NCBI GenBank assembly: GCA_045578385.1
Contig: JAZNKD010000048.1
Coordinates: 5,656 to 69,655 of the forward strand
Source of the DNA: Eubacteriales bacterium
Lineage (GTDB): Bacteria; Bacillota; Clostridia; Oscillospirales; CAG-272
Length of the DNA: 64,000 nt
Direction: 5' to 3'
The notes under the pieces were generated by a model. That model was not told where the DNA came from. It did no database searches and saw nothing but the letters and a program-made list of their open reading frames with translations. Position numbers and translations under genes: made by a program. Of this stretch, positions 18,201 through 26,275 are shown piece by piece; within the stretch, counting starts at the first letter, position 1, and each line of letters starts with the position of its first letter.

Positions 18201-19608
18201 CGAAAACGGCTATTATCTCGGAAATGACAAGAACGAATACGTCGTTCTTATTCGCACGAATACAGATGCTACCGAGATAAAAGTACATCCCGACACCAAG
18301 ATAATCTATGCCGACGCATTCGGACACAGCAAGAAGCTTACGTCCGTTACCGTTCCTTACGGTGTTATCAGCATAGGAAGCGGCGCGTTTAACGGCTGCG
18401 AAGCCATAACCGAGCTTGTTATTCCCGATTCCGTAGTAAGACTCGGCGGCTGCGGTTATATGACGAAGCTTGAAAAAATAACTCTTTCAGCAAACTTGAG
18501 AGAGATTGTTCCGAGTATGTTCACGGGATGCTTGGCTCTTAAGAGTATTACTATTCCGAAATCGGTAAGCTTCATCTCCCCCGATGCCTTTAACGCTTGC
18601 GAGTCACTCGCAGCTATCGAGGTTGCGGCAGGCAACGAATACTATAAGTCGGTCGGCGGTCATCTTTACACGGCTGACGGTAAGACTCTTGTAAAATATG
18701 CTCCCGCAAATACCGCTGAAAGCTTTACCGTTCCTGAAACGGTAGAAGCCATTGAAGCTCACGCGTTCGGTTACACGCAGAATCTTAAGCACGTAACGAT
18801 GACGAGTATCGCGTCCATAGGCAAGAGCGCCTTTGAGCACTGCGCTGCTCTTGAGAGCGCAGATATCGGTGGAACGATAACGGTTATTCCCGAATACTGC
18901 TTCATAGGATGCAGCAAGCTTAAGAGCTACACTATGAGCGATACCGTTACTGAAATAGGCTTCGGCGCGTTCCAGAGCTGCGGTCTTACCGAAATCCTTA
19001 TTCCCGACCAGGTAGTAAAGGTTGACGGAAGAGCCTTTGAGGGTTGCTCAAAGGTAGAGAAGATAACCGTCGGCGTTGGCGTAAAGACCTTCGGAACAAG
19101 CGTATTCAGCGGCTGTCGTATGGCAAAGCTTATAGTATTCAATGCCGAATCCATTACATCGGCTGTAACGCTTAATTCCTGCACGTTTGGTAGCGTGGGC
19201 AAAGATAGCGGCGGATGCACGCTTTATATAGGAAGCACGGTTAAGACGATTTACCCGAGACTCTTTGGTACGACCTCGAGCTACGACAGACCTAATATCG
19301 TTAGTCTTGTGTTCGCAGAGGACAGTATTTGCGAAAACGTCAACTATGATGCGTTCAGAGATTGCGCGACGCTCAAAACCGTCGTTCTTCCTAAGGTATT
19401 TAAAATGGGCAATAACGCGTTCCAGGGCTGCACTGCCATTGAAACGGTTTATTACTACGGCGAAGAGGCAGATTGGTCAGGCGTTAATACGGGCTCCGGA
19501 AATGATTATCTCGTAAATGCAACGCGCTATTATTATTCTAAAACCGCACCCTCTGTAGAAGGTAACTTCTGGCACAATGACGAGGACGGAAATCCTGTTG
19601 TTTGGTAA
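12214..19608 (+). CDS. Giant surface lipoprotein with Listeria-Bacteroides (Flg_new) repeats and BspA-type leucine-rich repeats (LRR_5)
   Basis: 2,464 aa. The RBS gaggag is at 12200. The lipobox is LILTLASC, followed by an acidic low-complexity linker. Three units of GYxFxGWY...W type span roughly aa 95-305. Dozens of roughly 23-aa units of pattern AFxxCxxLxxIxIPxSVxxIGxxAF follow. A mid-protein Cys motif reads TCTSYG...HNYVDKVCSECGQ. The C-terminus reads YYYSKTAPSVEGNFWHNDEDGNPVVW. Confidence 0.9.
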   Translation: MKRILNLIISVLLAFALILTLASCDVLDEIKVKVEEIIGGDDENPDENGDDAGEDGGEETPGEDGGEDNKDDDNNDENGGTDGGGDGDGSGDTETVTHTVTFGGAGQESSVTVNADGKLTAPEAPTKPGYTFNGWYNGEHKWDFENDKVTSDVRLEAGWVVITYKVSYELFGGQNSVDNPVSFDVEDGNLILGAPVRAGYVFSGWYTDADFGTKVELIETNCLTDVILFARWEIDVFEIKYELFGGTNSDSNPLTYDVESGKIILGAPERQDHVFVGWFLDAEYTESVSEIDVTLLKDITLYAKWKSFDEFFTYTTDDTGATITGFEGAAKALKIPAKLGGVDVVAIGEGAFKNCTEVEEVIIPDTVITIGVSAFEGCSELKKLTIGSGVETIGERAFYFCVKIIVIVIPDSVKTVGKSAFDGCRDATSVTVGNGVTEIGELAFNNCVSVNKIVLGTSLITIGNSAFFGCTSVKDINIPDNVVTIGEYAFFGCTGAVSVIIGNGVTSVGHYAFQGCSSLTDLVIGSNVSSIGNKAFYLCIKIVVIVVPDSVTTLGESAFEGCSSATSIKIGNGVTTVGKSAFSGCTSATEVSFGSRVSSIGDYAFYGCIKLLVIVIPDSVTTLGESAFEGCTGATSIKIGNGVTTVGKSAFSGCTSATEVNFGSRVSSIGDYAFYGCIKIVVILIPNNVRTIGVSAFEGCSGAVSITVGNGVTSIGDSAFSGCSSAESVTLGTGVTTLGNRVFYLCIKIVIIIIPESVTYVGEGVFGGCTSTTVCTPWETKPDGWSEGWVSDNTSSAPTVQTKDQWVIVYDVEIIVALFGDWYVVTEPTCTSYGVMRRDSTNIKDLSQTKRVEKLEHNYVDKVCSECGQRVSEGIIFEYKKATGSYAVVGLGEITDTDIVIPPTYEGLPVTTIWSNAFSGRADITSVSIPQSVTAIYDGAFKACTGITELVIPNTVKSISYNALEGCSGLVSLQIPFVGSSLTSATNNSVFGYIFGSKSYSGMTKVTQKYSSAHSASEAYLPSGLKNLVISGGNIGQAALQNCTMLESVTLLEGVKSIGNNAFENCTGLTSIEIPASVEAVKTYAFQGCSLLESAKILGATRIWSYVFRNTAIKMVECGDGVVIDQSAFDKCATLETVKLGKGASINTYAFRDCSALKSVSFGAGLRTLGSYAFQNCSALTEIVITEGLKTIGGAAFQNCSSLKSVTIPSTVTTIGSRAFNSCPLIETIVLPANLEIIEDYAFSGSSAVKTITFLGSNVTSVGTAAFSGLSNVEAVYVPSIEAWLNMKFVGNGSNPASASSNAKVYVNGEIITDLVIPDGVTVIYAYKFQNFTSITSLVVPNSVTRIEMGAFKGCSSLKTVVIGNGLEFIAEGTFSGCSAIESITLPYLGTTCPASGNPYKYPLGVIFGTSSFEGATRTSQRYDYGNSQTTGYYYIPDSLIKVTVTGDTLNYGSFYGCTKIKEIVLSGNVTAIGRYAFYDCRALEAVTVPENLISIGEYAFQGCAALKAVVIPDGVTAIEKAAFSGCSALTSLTLGSRVETIGDNAFYNCSSLTEIVIPDSVKTIGSAAFRNCSSLAKATLGSGIESIGSDAFSSCSKLKEVYVKDAEAWLRIEFKTTSANPVGSGKGSLYFGGELAENIVVPDGITSISDYAFYNCASIVSITIPSSVESIGNSAFYGATALKTVVLSDGLVTVKDNAFRACSAIEELIIPDSVTSLGYNAIYGCNALKTLVIGKGVTSIQSAMLEGCNSIENLTIPFVGATPNATEASKNTLFGYIFSSRSSGTDTMYVTQQYAASSGASFYIPKSLKNITVLGGNLHYGAFSELKMIETVILPDSVTEIPEYTFYNCKALVTVKLPESITSIGKNAFFGCAALESANIPDAVTSIGVSAFDGCAALKELKLPKELTSVGERAFYGCRAITEVTLPDGIANIPKSLFDNCYALAKVTLGANVKTIGDCAFNSCDKLAQINIPSTIESISDVAFDGCDELVLNEYENGYYLGNDKNEYVVLIRTNTDATEIKVHPDTKIIYADAFGHSKKLTSVTVPYGVISIGSGAFNGCEAITELVIPDSVVRLGGCGYMTKLEKITLSANLREIVPSMFTGCLALKSITIPKSVSFISPDAFNACESLAAIEVAAGNEYYKSVGGHLYTADGKTLVKYAPANTAESFTVPETVEAIEAHAFGYTQNLKHVTMTSIASIGKSAFEHCAALESADIGGTITVIPEYCFIGCSKLKSYTMSDTVTEIGFGAFQSCGLTEILIPDQVVKVDGRAFEGCSKVEKITVGVGVKTFGTSVFSGCRMAKLIVFNAESITSAVTLNSCTFGSVGKDSGGCTLYIGSTVKTIYPRLFGTTSSYDRPNIVSLVFAEDSICENVNYDAFRDCATLKTVVLPKVFKMGNNAFQGCTAIETVYYYGEEADWSGVNTGSGNDYLVNATRYYYSKTAPSVEGNFWHNDEDGNPVVW
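13828..14241 (+). repeat. Intragenic 207-bp (69-codon) tandem duplication, 2 units
   Basis: The Cys codon tgt of CIK(I/L) recurs at 13828, 14035 and 14242, spaced 207 nt apart. The encoded blocks ...VPDSVTTLGESAFEGC..ATSIKIGNGVTTVGKSAFSGCTSATEV.FGSRVSSIGDYAFYGC are nearly identical. Confidence 0.9.
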
Positions 19609-19664
19609 TAAAAGCAAACTAACATTTACAAGTTAACTTATTTTCGTTAATTTAATATAAAAAC

Positions 19665-19699
19665 AGAGACTATCTTTGCTTTTTGCAAAGGTAGTCTCT
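19665..19699 (+). terminator. Terminator-like hairpin after the giant gene
   Basis: agagactatctttgc-ttttt-gcaaaggtagtctct forms a 15-bp stem with 1 mismatch, followed by tgtcctgatttt. Confidence 0.5.
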
Positions 19700-19738
19700 T
19701 GTCCTGATTTTAAGTTTTTAGCCTTGGTTATACAGAAA

Positions 19739-19772
19739 ATCCGACCCGAAATGCCGAGTCGGATTGTTTTTT
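19739..19772. terminator. Bidirectional terminator candidate between convergent genes
   Basis: The atccgac-ccgaaatgccga-gtcggat stem is flanked by gaaaa on the left and tgttttttg on the right. Confidence 0.5.
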
Positions 19773-19840
19773 GTTAAATTGTAAAGTGTCTATGTTATCA
19801 ATTCACATCGATTTTAAAAGTCTAAAGGCGCGGAAGAGTA

Positions 19841-21688
19841 TTATTCGATAAGAATATCTCCGGCGTTGCCTTTAACGCTGCGAGAGCCGACGGTGAGTTC
19901 TGTGGACTCGTGGAATACTGCCAAAACGTTTTTATTATCGACCAGGATAGCTTGGCAGGCTGAGTCGTTTTTCAGAACTTTAACTTCGGGTGCTTCGTCT
20001 ACCGTAATGAGATAGGCGTACGAGCCGCCGTCGTGCTCGGGGACGGTAATTGTGAGAACGTCGCCCTCTGCTGCGGTTTCCGGCAAGAAACGGTTATTCC
20101 TTTTCCAGTCACCGACGCGGTGTTCAAGGGTTGATACGAAGCTAGTGTTAAGGTCTAGATTTTTGTAAGTAACTTTGCCGCACCTGACGAGGTTATCCTC
20201 AATGCTTGCCTCAGTGGCAAAGCGTTGGTCCACGGTCGTGTGAATTTTCGACTTGTTAGGAGTACTATCCTTTATGTTCGTACCTAAAGCGACGAGACTG
20301 CTGCCAAACGTGAAATAAGAGGCTGTAAGGCTTATTCCGTCGTGTTCTGCATACTCTGTGAGAACGCCGTAGCCCCTCTCGGCCTTTCCGTAGGTCTTGC
20401 AGGGGGAATCGCTAGTTTCCGACCACGCGCCTTTATTGAGAAGCTCATCGTCGGTTTCCTCTCTTGCGGTGGTGCCGGGAATTTTCGAGTAATCCCATAT
20501 GGGAGATATCATATAATATTCTTTGCCGCTTTCCATAATGCAGGTAACGGTGCCGTAGCTCATATTGTAGCTGAGAACACCCTCGTTGTTGCAGTGCTCC
20601 GCGCCGAGAACTCCCGCGCGTCTGCCGCGCACGCTGAAATATACGTCAGGTGTCTTATGAGTTAAAAGACATATGGAGTCGTAATAGGCCGTTGCCGTGA
20701 TTTCGTCGTTTCCGTCGTGAACTGCGCGGTATAGCTCAGAAAGCTCCTCTTTTCTTGACACGCCCTCGGCTGATATAAGCAATTTAGCGGGTGCTGCAAT
20801 ACCGATTGCGGACATTGACGAGGGGTTTGGTCTTGAATAATCTCTGCCGACTGCGCCAAAGTCAAAAATTCCGTTTCTTTGCATAAGACGCTGACCGTCT
20901 ACCATATGAGAGACCAGTATATCTGTTTTTTCTTTGGGAATTTCAAAGCGTGTGCCTGCAAGGGTTGCGATTATAGGAGCAAGCTCATAAGCAAATGACC
21001 TTCCGTAGCCGCCCGAATACCAGCGATGACCGTGCTGGCAGAATGCTCCGTCAGGCTGAATACCCTCGTGACTGTATTTTATCTCCTCGGCTATTCTTGC
21101 TGATGCAACCTTAAGTAATTCCTCGTCCTCTGACCACATAGCGTGCTTGACGGTAACCGTGCCGCCCCAGATGAGATTCGCGCCGGTCCATTTGTCTGCC
21201 GTAAATAAACTCTTTGTGCCCGGCAGGTCGGAAACGGAGCTTTCGCCAAGAATAAGATTAGTCTTAAAGCTGCCGCGTCTGAATATTTTTTCAAGTCCCG
21301 TGACTGTTTTTTCGTCGAAATAACCATCAAGCGCCAGTGCGATGCTCGTCAGTTCGAGAAGCGCGCCTATCTGGTTATACCACCAGTTTTCGCTCGTGGG
21401 GTCGGATTTTATCCAGTACCTGACAGCCCCGACAAGCTTATCGCGCCACTCTGCGTCCTCTGCGATTTTTTCTCTGCCAAAATAGAGAATCTCGTTTTTC
21501 AGGCGGTAAAGATGGGTTGCTGGCTGCCAATTTGTTCTTGATGTGTCACTGTAGTTTACGTCATCGTATTTGTAGTCACCGTCGGTGTCAGGGACGAGGG
21601 TATGGTTTGGCTGGCTATGCGGCTTGCCGTAGTAACCCGAGAAAAATATTTCAAGCTGCCTTTCTTTAACTAGTTTGATTTCCGTCAT
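19841..21688 (-). CDS. Polysaccharide lyase family 8-like protein with no signal peptide
   Basis: 615 aa. It carries the motifs NWWYNQIG and GIQPDGAFCQHGHRWYSGGYGRSF. From memory these match the PL8 NWWxxxIG and DGSFxQH...Y.GGYG catalytic His/Tyr region. The N-terminus MTEIKLVKERQ has no hydrophobic leader. Confidence 0.65.
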   Translation of the reverse strand: MTEIKLVKERQLEIFFSGYYGKPHSQPNHTLVPDTDGDYKYDDVNYSDTSRTNWQPATHLYRLKNEILYFGREKIAEDAEWRDKLVGAVRYWIKSDPTSENWWYNQIGALLELTSIALALDGYFDEKTVTGLEKIFRRGSFKTNLILGESSVSDLPGTKSLFTADKWTGANLIWGGTVTVKHAMWSEDEELLKVASARIAEEIKYSHEGIQPDGAFCQHGHRWYSGGYGRSFAYELAPIIATLAGTRFEIPKEKTDILVSHMVDGQRLMQRNGIFDFGAVGRDYSRPNPSSMSAIGIAAPAKLLISAEGVSRKEELSELYRAVHDGNDEITATAYYDSICLLTHKTPDVYFSVRGRRAGVLGAEHCNNEGVLSYNMSYGTVTCIMESGKEYYMISPIWDYSKIPGTTAREETDDELLNKGAWSETSDSPCKTYGKAERGYGVLTEYAEHDGISLTASYFTFGSSLVALGTNIKDSTPNKSKIHTTVDQRFATEASIEDNLVRCGKVTYKNLDLNTSFVSTLEHRVGDWKRNNRFLPETAAEGDVLTITVPEHDGGSYAYLITVDEAPEVKVLKNDSACQAILVDNKNVLAVFHESTELTVGSRSVKGNAGDILIE

Positions 21689-21739
21689 ATCCGTTATCTC
21701 CCGAATTTGATAAAGTTTGAACGTGGTAAACGCTAAGCT

Positions 21740-22666
21740 TTAAACCTCAACGGTTATAAGCTTTAAAGTGCCCGAAACCGTAATATCACATTCAACGGCA
21801 GGGATAAAGAAGCTGTCACCCTGCTTTGCTGTATAGCTTTCGCCGCCGCAAGACACCTCACCATCGCCTGATATAATCGTAAGGCATTTAAAGCTTTCGT
21901 TTCCAACGGTGATATTGACGGATGATAAGTTAAGCTCGTATTCCTTTACGGTGAAGTATTCGCACTCTCCGATAAGCCGTGCTCCGTCAGATAAAATATT
22001 GCCGATTTCTGCTGGCGAGTAAACACCCGTGTTGAGAACTCTTAAGGCTTTTTCTACGTGAAGCTCGCGAAGCTTGCCCGACTGGTCGCGCCTTTTATAA
22101 TCGTAGAGGCGATATGTAAGCGTGCTGTTTTGCTGGATTTCGTAAATCAAAACTCCGCCGCCGATTGCATGAACCGTGCCTGCTGGAATGAAGAATACGT
22201 CTCCTTCTTTGACGGGCTTGAACTCAAGCATATTTTCAATACTTCCGTCGGCAATCGCCGTTTCTACTTCACACGGGGTGTACTTTTTATTAAATCCCAT
22301 ATAAAGTCCTGCGCCCTCGTCGGCATCAACGACGTACCACATTTCGCTTTTGCCGTACTGACCCTCGTGCTTAAGAGCGTAATCATCCGAAGGATGCACC
22401 TGAACCGACAGCTTGTCGCGCGCGTCGATAAACTTGGTCAGGGTAGGGAAAAAGTCGAATTTTTGCGCTCTCTTTCCCCAAAGCTCCTTTGGGAAAAGGT
22501 CTGAGGTTTTTATACCGTCGCAAAGAGCTTCGGAACCGCCTACGAATGAGAGCTCCCAGCTCTCGCCGATTCTGTCCTCGGGGGAGTTCTTGCCGTATGC
22601 TCTTAATTTGTTTCCGCCCCATACGTTATTGAAAAGAGCGGGGGAAAGTCTGTATAACTTTTTCAT
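21740..22666 (-). CDS. manA: Mannose-6-phosphate isomerase, class I
   Basis: The ATG at 22666 follows the RBS ggagaaaa. Motifs are WGG..L, SWE (GESWELS), LSVQVHP and the cupin metal site FIPAGTVHAIG. 308 aa. Confidence 0.85.
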   Translation of the reverse strand: MKKLYRLSPALFNNVWGGNKLRAYGKNSPEDRIGESWELSFVGGSEALCDGIKTSDLFPKELWGKRAQKFDFFPTLTKFIDARDKLSVQVHPSDDYALKHEGQYGKSEMWYVVDADEGAGLYMGFNKKYTPCEVETAIADGSIENMLEFKPVKEGDVFFIPAGTVHAIGGGVLIYEIQQNSTLTYRLYDYKRRDQSGKLRELHVEKALRVLNTGVYSPAEIGNILSDGARLIGECEYFTVKEYELNLSSVNITVGNESFKCLTIISGDGEVSCGGESYTAKQGDSFFIPAVECDITVSGTLKLITVEV

Positions 22667-22922
22667 AATTTTCTCCGTTTTTTGCCAAAATAGCAGTTTG
22701 TTAAATTTATTTACTATTATCTTATCACTTCGCACGCACGCAGTCAATAAAAAAATGCAAAAAACAAGATTATAATAAAATATTTTTAAAAAAACGAAAA
22801 AACTATTTATTTTTATTTTAATTTGTGTTATAATTTAATGTAACAAAATTCTCACATTGTTAAAATTTGAAATAACATAAGGGAATATACCCTGTAAGTC
22901 TTGCGAAACAGAAAGGACAATT

Positions 22923-24146
22923 ATGAAAAAAGACAAGAATAAAGATAAGGAATGTGCCTCCTGCCGTCTTGGTAAGGTCGGCGGTCAGGCAGTTCTTGAA
23001 GGCGTTATGATGAAGGCGGGTGCAAGAACGGTAACGTCCTGCCGTAAAGAAGATAAAAGCATCGTAGTAACCGACGACGAGTTCGTTTCCGTGCGTAAGA
23101 AGCATAAAATTCTCAATTTGCCGATACTTCGCGGAATTATCAATTTCGTTGAAATGATGATACTAAGCGTCAAAACGCTTAACGCTTCCGCAGACGCGCT
23201 GGGAATTGAGGAAGAGGAGGGAAAGGTTGAGAAGTGGCTTAAGAAGCACTTCGGTGTCGGACTCGTTGACGTAATTATGGTCGTCGGCGTAGTTCTTGGA
23301 CTCGCGCTTTCGCTGTTCCTCTTTATGTTCCTGCCGATTTTCGTTGCCGATTTTATAAATACGCTTACCGTGAAATATCTTGATTTCCCTCTCGGTGCGT
23401 GGCAGAAGGTAATTGAGGGAATACTCAAAGCCTCGATATTCGTGCTTTATCTTTGGCTGGTTGCCTTTATGCCCGATATAAAGCGCACGTTTATGTATCA
23501 CGGCGCGGAGCATAAGACTATTGCTTGCTTTGAGGCGGGCGAGGAGCTTACGCCCGAAAATGCAATGAAGCATACGCGCTTTCATCCGAGATGTGGAACG
23601 AGCTTTATGTTCTTTATGATACTTCTCGGTATCGTAGCGGGACTTCTCGTAAACGCAGTATTTCCCGGACTCAATAAGTGGCAGTATACAGGAATAAGAC
23701 TTCTTATTCTTCCGCTTATCGTAGGTCTTGGATATGAATTCATAATGTATGCAGGAAAGCATAATAATATCTTTGTCAGAGCGTTATCAGCTCCCGGACT
23801 CTGGGTGCAGAGACTCACGACCAAAGAACCGACTATCGATATGATTGAGGTTGCTATAGTTTCCACAAAGTGCGCTCTGCGCGACGAGTTCCCGGAGTAT
23901 CTTGAATATTTCGAGTCTCGCGGTTGGGAGACGAAGCCCGAAAGCGAAGCCGCAGAAAACGCAGAATCGCATGACAGCGAGGAGACCGCAGAAGACACGG
24001 AGCCCGAAGCCGCAGCAAGCAGCATGAAAAAAAACGAATTAAGCGGTGAAGAAAATACAGAAAATGAGACCGCCGAAGCCGTTACGGACGGTGCTTCTGA
24101 ATCCAAGACCGACGCGGCAGACGGTGAATCAGAGAGTGCAGAATGA
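22923..24146 (+). CDS. DUF1385 (YqhQ-like) membrane protein with an acidic C-terminal tail
   Basis: GGQAVLEGVMMK and YHGAEHKTI...FHPRCGTSF motifs are present, with several TM helices. It lies immediately upstream of and overlaps prmC, the usual synteny. Confidence 0.8.
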   Translation: MKKDKNKDKECASCRLGKVGGQAVLEGVMMKAGARTVTSCRKEDKSIVVTDDEFVSVRKKHKILNLPILRGIINFVEMMILSVKTLNASADALGIEEEEGKVEKWLKKHFGVGLVDVIMVVGVVLGLALSLFLFMFLPIFVADFINTLTVKYLDFPLGAWQKVIEGILKASIFVLYLWLVAFMPDIKRTFMYHGAEHKTIACFEAGEELTPENAMKHTRFHPRCGTSFMFFMILLGIVAGLLVNAVFPGLNKWQYTGIRLLILPLIVGLGYEFIMYAGKHNNIFVRALSAPGLWVQRLTTKEPTIDMIEVAIVSTKCALRDEFPEYLEYFESRGWETKPESEAAENAESHDSEETAEDTEPEAAASSMKKNELSGEENTENETAEAVTDGASESKTDAADGESESAE

Positions 24147-24952
24147 AGCTCTCGGAAGCAGTAAAAATACTTTCCGATGCGAAAATCGACTCGGCGCGCT
24201 ATGACGCGATAGAGCTGTTTTCCCATTTTGAAGGCTTAAGCCGAGCGCAGCTTGTAATCGGGGATTATAATTCCGACAGCGTCGAGCTTAAGCGCGCGGT
24301 TATGCGCCGTGCCGAGCGCTATCCGTTGCAGTATATTATCGGCAAGGTTGGTTTTTACAGAGAAGAGTATTTCGTTAACGAAAATTGCCTTATCCCGAGA
24401 GCAGACACTGAGGTTCTCGTTGATTACGCGGTTAAAAGCATTCCGCCCTGCAAGAGATTTATCGATCTTTGCACGGGCAGCGGCTGCGTAGGTATATCGG
24501 TGCTTAAAAACACCGTTGCTACTCGGGCGGTTTTAGCCGACATATCAAGCAGTGCGTGCGAGCTTGCGCTCAGGAACGCTGAGCATAACGGCGTTCTGGG
24601 AAGAGCCGACGTGCGTACTCTTGACGTACTTTGCGATATACCCGAGGGAGAGTTCTTCGCAGTTCTCTCAAATCCGCCATATGTTGCCGACTCGGTTTAT
24701 AATGGGTTGGAAAGTGAGATATTCCACGAGCCAAAAATAGCTTTCGTCGGTGGGGAAGACGGCGGTGATTTCTATAGATGGCTCACTCCCATATACAAGG
24801 GTAAAATAGCAAAAGACGGCTTTATAGCATACGAAATCGGCTACGACCAGCGCGAGCTTCTCAAAAAAATTGCCGACGAGTGCGGTATGAGCTGTGAAAT
24901 AATAAAGGATAGCGGGGGAAGGGACCGCCTCGCCGTCTTACGCATCATCTGA
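24143..24952 (+). CDS. prmC: Peptide chain release factor N5-glutamine methyltransferase
   Basis: SAM motif DLCTGSGC and catalytic NPPY (LSNPPYV). 269 aa. Confidence 0.9.
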   Translation: MKLSEAVKILSDAKIDSARYDAIELFSHFEGLSRAQLVIGDYNSDSVELKRAVMRRAERYPLQYIIGKVGFYREEYFVNENCLIPRADTEVLVDYAVKSIPPCKRFIDLCTGSGCVGISVLKNTVATRAVLADISSSACELALRNAEHNGVLGRADVRTLDVLCDIPEGEFFAVLSNPPYVADSVYNGLESEIFHEPKIAFVGGEDGGDFYRWLTPIYKGKIAKDGFIAYEIGYDQRELLKKIADECGMSCEIIKDSGGRDRLAVLRII

Positions 24953-25186
24953 TGCTTTAAAATTTTAGCATAAATCTCCGTTTTCTCACTCGACGTAGAT
25001 TTATGCGCCTGTCAGGTCGAAGAAAGAAAATTTTTGCTTAAAATTTCTTCGCATCGGCGGTTGATTTCGGGTAGGACGCCCTGTTTGATATCACTCCGAT
25101 GGAGTGTATATCATCAACGCAGGATGCGTTGTATATAATCACTCATTCACTCAAAATCTTTCATCTTCATACACTTTTTTATAGAG

Positions 25187-26275
25187 GTGATGAAAATGAA
25201 AAGAAATATAGATTTCTTTAAAGGTTGCAGCGAGCTTTACGCCGTCATTTTCGGCGGCAGGGGATACGAGCATTTGGTATCGAGACTTGGTGCTGCCAAC
25301 TTTATTTCCGAAGCGGAAAAACGGGGCTTTTGCATTTTGCCAATATTTGTTGGCAAAAATGGCTCGTTTTACGTTTATCTCGGTGATGTTTCCGATATTG
25401 ATGAGGTTGATAAAGAGTTAGACGGTGACGTGCTTTACGAGACCTATCCGATAAAGCTTTCGGGGAAAAGCGGATTTTTTGTGGGAGGTGAAGTGCTTTC
25501 CGTTTTGGCGGCTGTTCCGATTCTGCACGGTGACTACGGTGAGGACGGGCGCGTGCAGGGCGCACTTGATACCGCAGGCATAAAATTCGCCGGCGCGGAT
25601 ACAATTTCGGGTGCCGTTATGCGCGATAAGTCCTACGCAAAGGCGGTTGCGGCAAGCCTTTTTGTACCTACGCTCCCATGGATTACGGCAGTTCGCGGTG
25701 ATTTTGGTTTTGATATAGAAAAGATAAAGTCTTCAGTTTTGTCGGAGGTAGGCTATCCCGCTTTCGTTAAGCCCTGCCGACTCGGCAGCTCGGTCGGTGC
25801 GTCTTGTGCGCGCACACAAGGCGAGCTTGAGGCTGCGCTTCGGATTGCCTTTTCGGTGGCAGACCGTGTTATAATAGAGCGCGCACTGCTCTCCAAAAGG
25901 GAGCTTGAATGTGCCTATTTTTCGGTGGGTAAAATCCACGTTATCTCGCCGCCGGGAGAGATTGCCGTAAGAGACGGATTCTACGACTATAAGCGTAAAT
26001 ATATAGATGTCTCGGAAGTAACCCTCATGCCGAGGGCACAAATATCGGATTTGGCTAGCGAAAAAATCAGAAGCTATACCGAAACGCTTGCCTCGGCGCT
26101 CGGGGCAAGGCACATTGCGAGATTCGACTATTTTCTCACAGATGACGGTGAGGTATATTTCAACGAAGTGAATAGCTTCCCCGGAATGACGAAAACGAGT
26201 CTTTATTCGGCTATGCTCGCAGAGTCGGGAATAACGTTCGGAAGCTTTATAGAAATGCTCCTGACAGAAACGTGA
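25187..26275 (+). CDS. ddl: D-alanine--D-alanine ligase
   Basis: ATP-grasp motifs are FVKPCRLGSSVG, ECAY and EVNSFPGMTKTSLY. The start is ambiguous among the GTG at 25187, the ATG at 25190 and the ATG at 25196. The RBS agagg lies at 25183-25187. Confidence 0.88.
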   Translation: MMKMKRNIDFFKGCSELYAVIFGGRGYEHLVSRLGAANFISEAEKRGFCILPIFVGKNGSFYVYLGDVSDIDEVDKELDGDVLYETYPIKLSGKSGFFVGGEVLSVLAAVPILHGDYGEDGRVQGALDTAGIKFAGADTISGAVMRDKSYAKAVAASLFVPTLPWITAVRGDFGFDIEKIKSSVLSEVGYPAFVKPCRLGSSVGASCARTQGELEAALRIAFSVADRVIIERALLSKRELECAYFSVGKIHVISPPGEIAVRDGFYDYKRKYIDVSEVTLMPRAQISDLASEKIRSYTETLASALGARHIARFDYFLTDDGEVYFNEVNSFPGMTKTSLYSAMLAESGITFGSFIEMLLTET

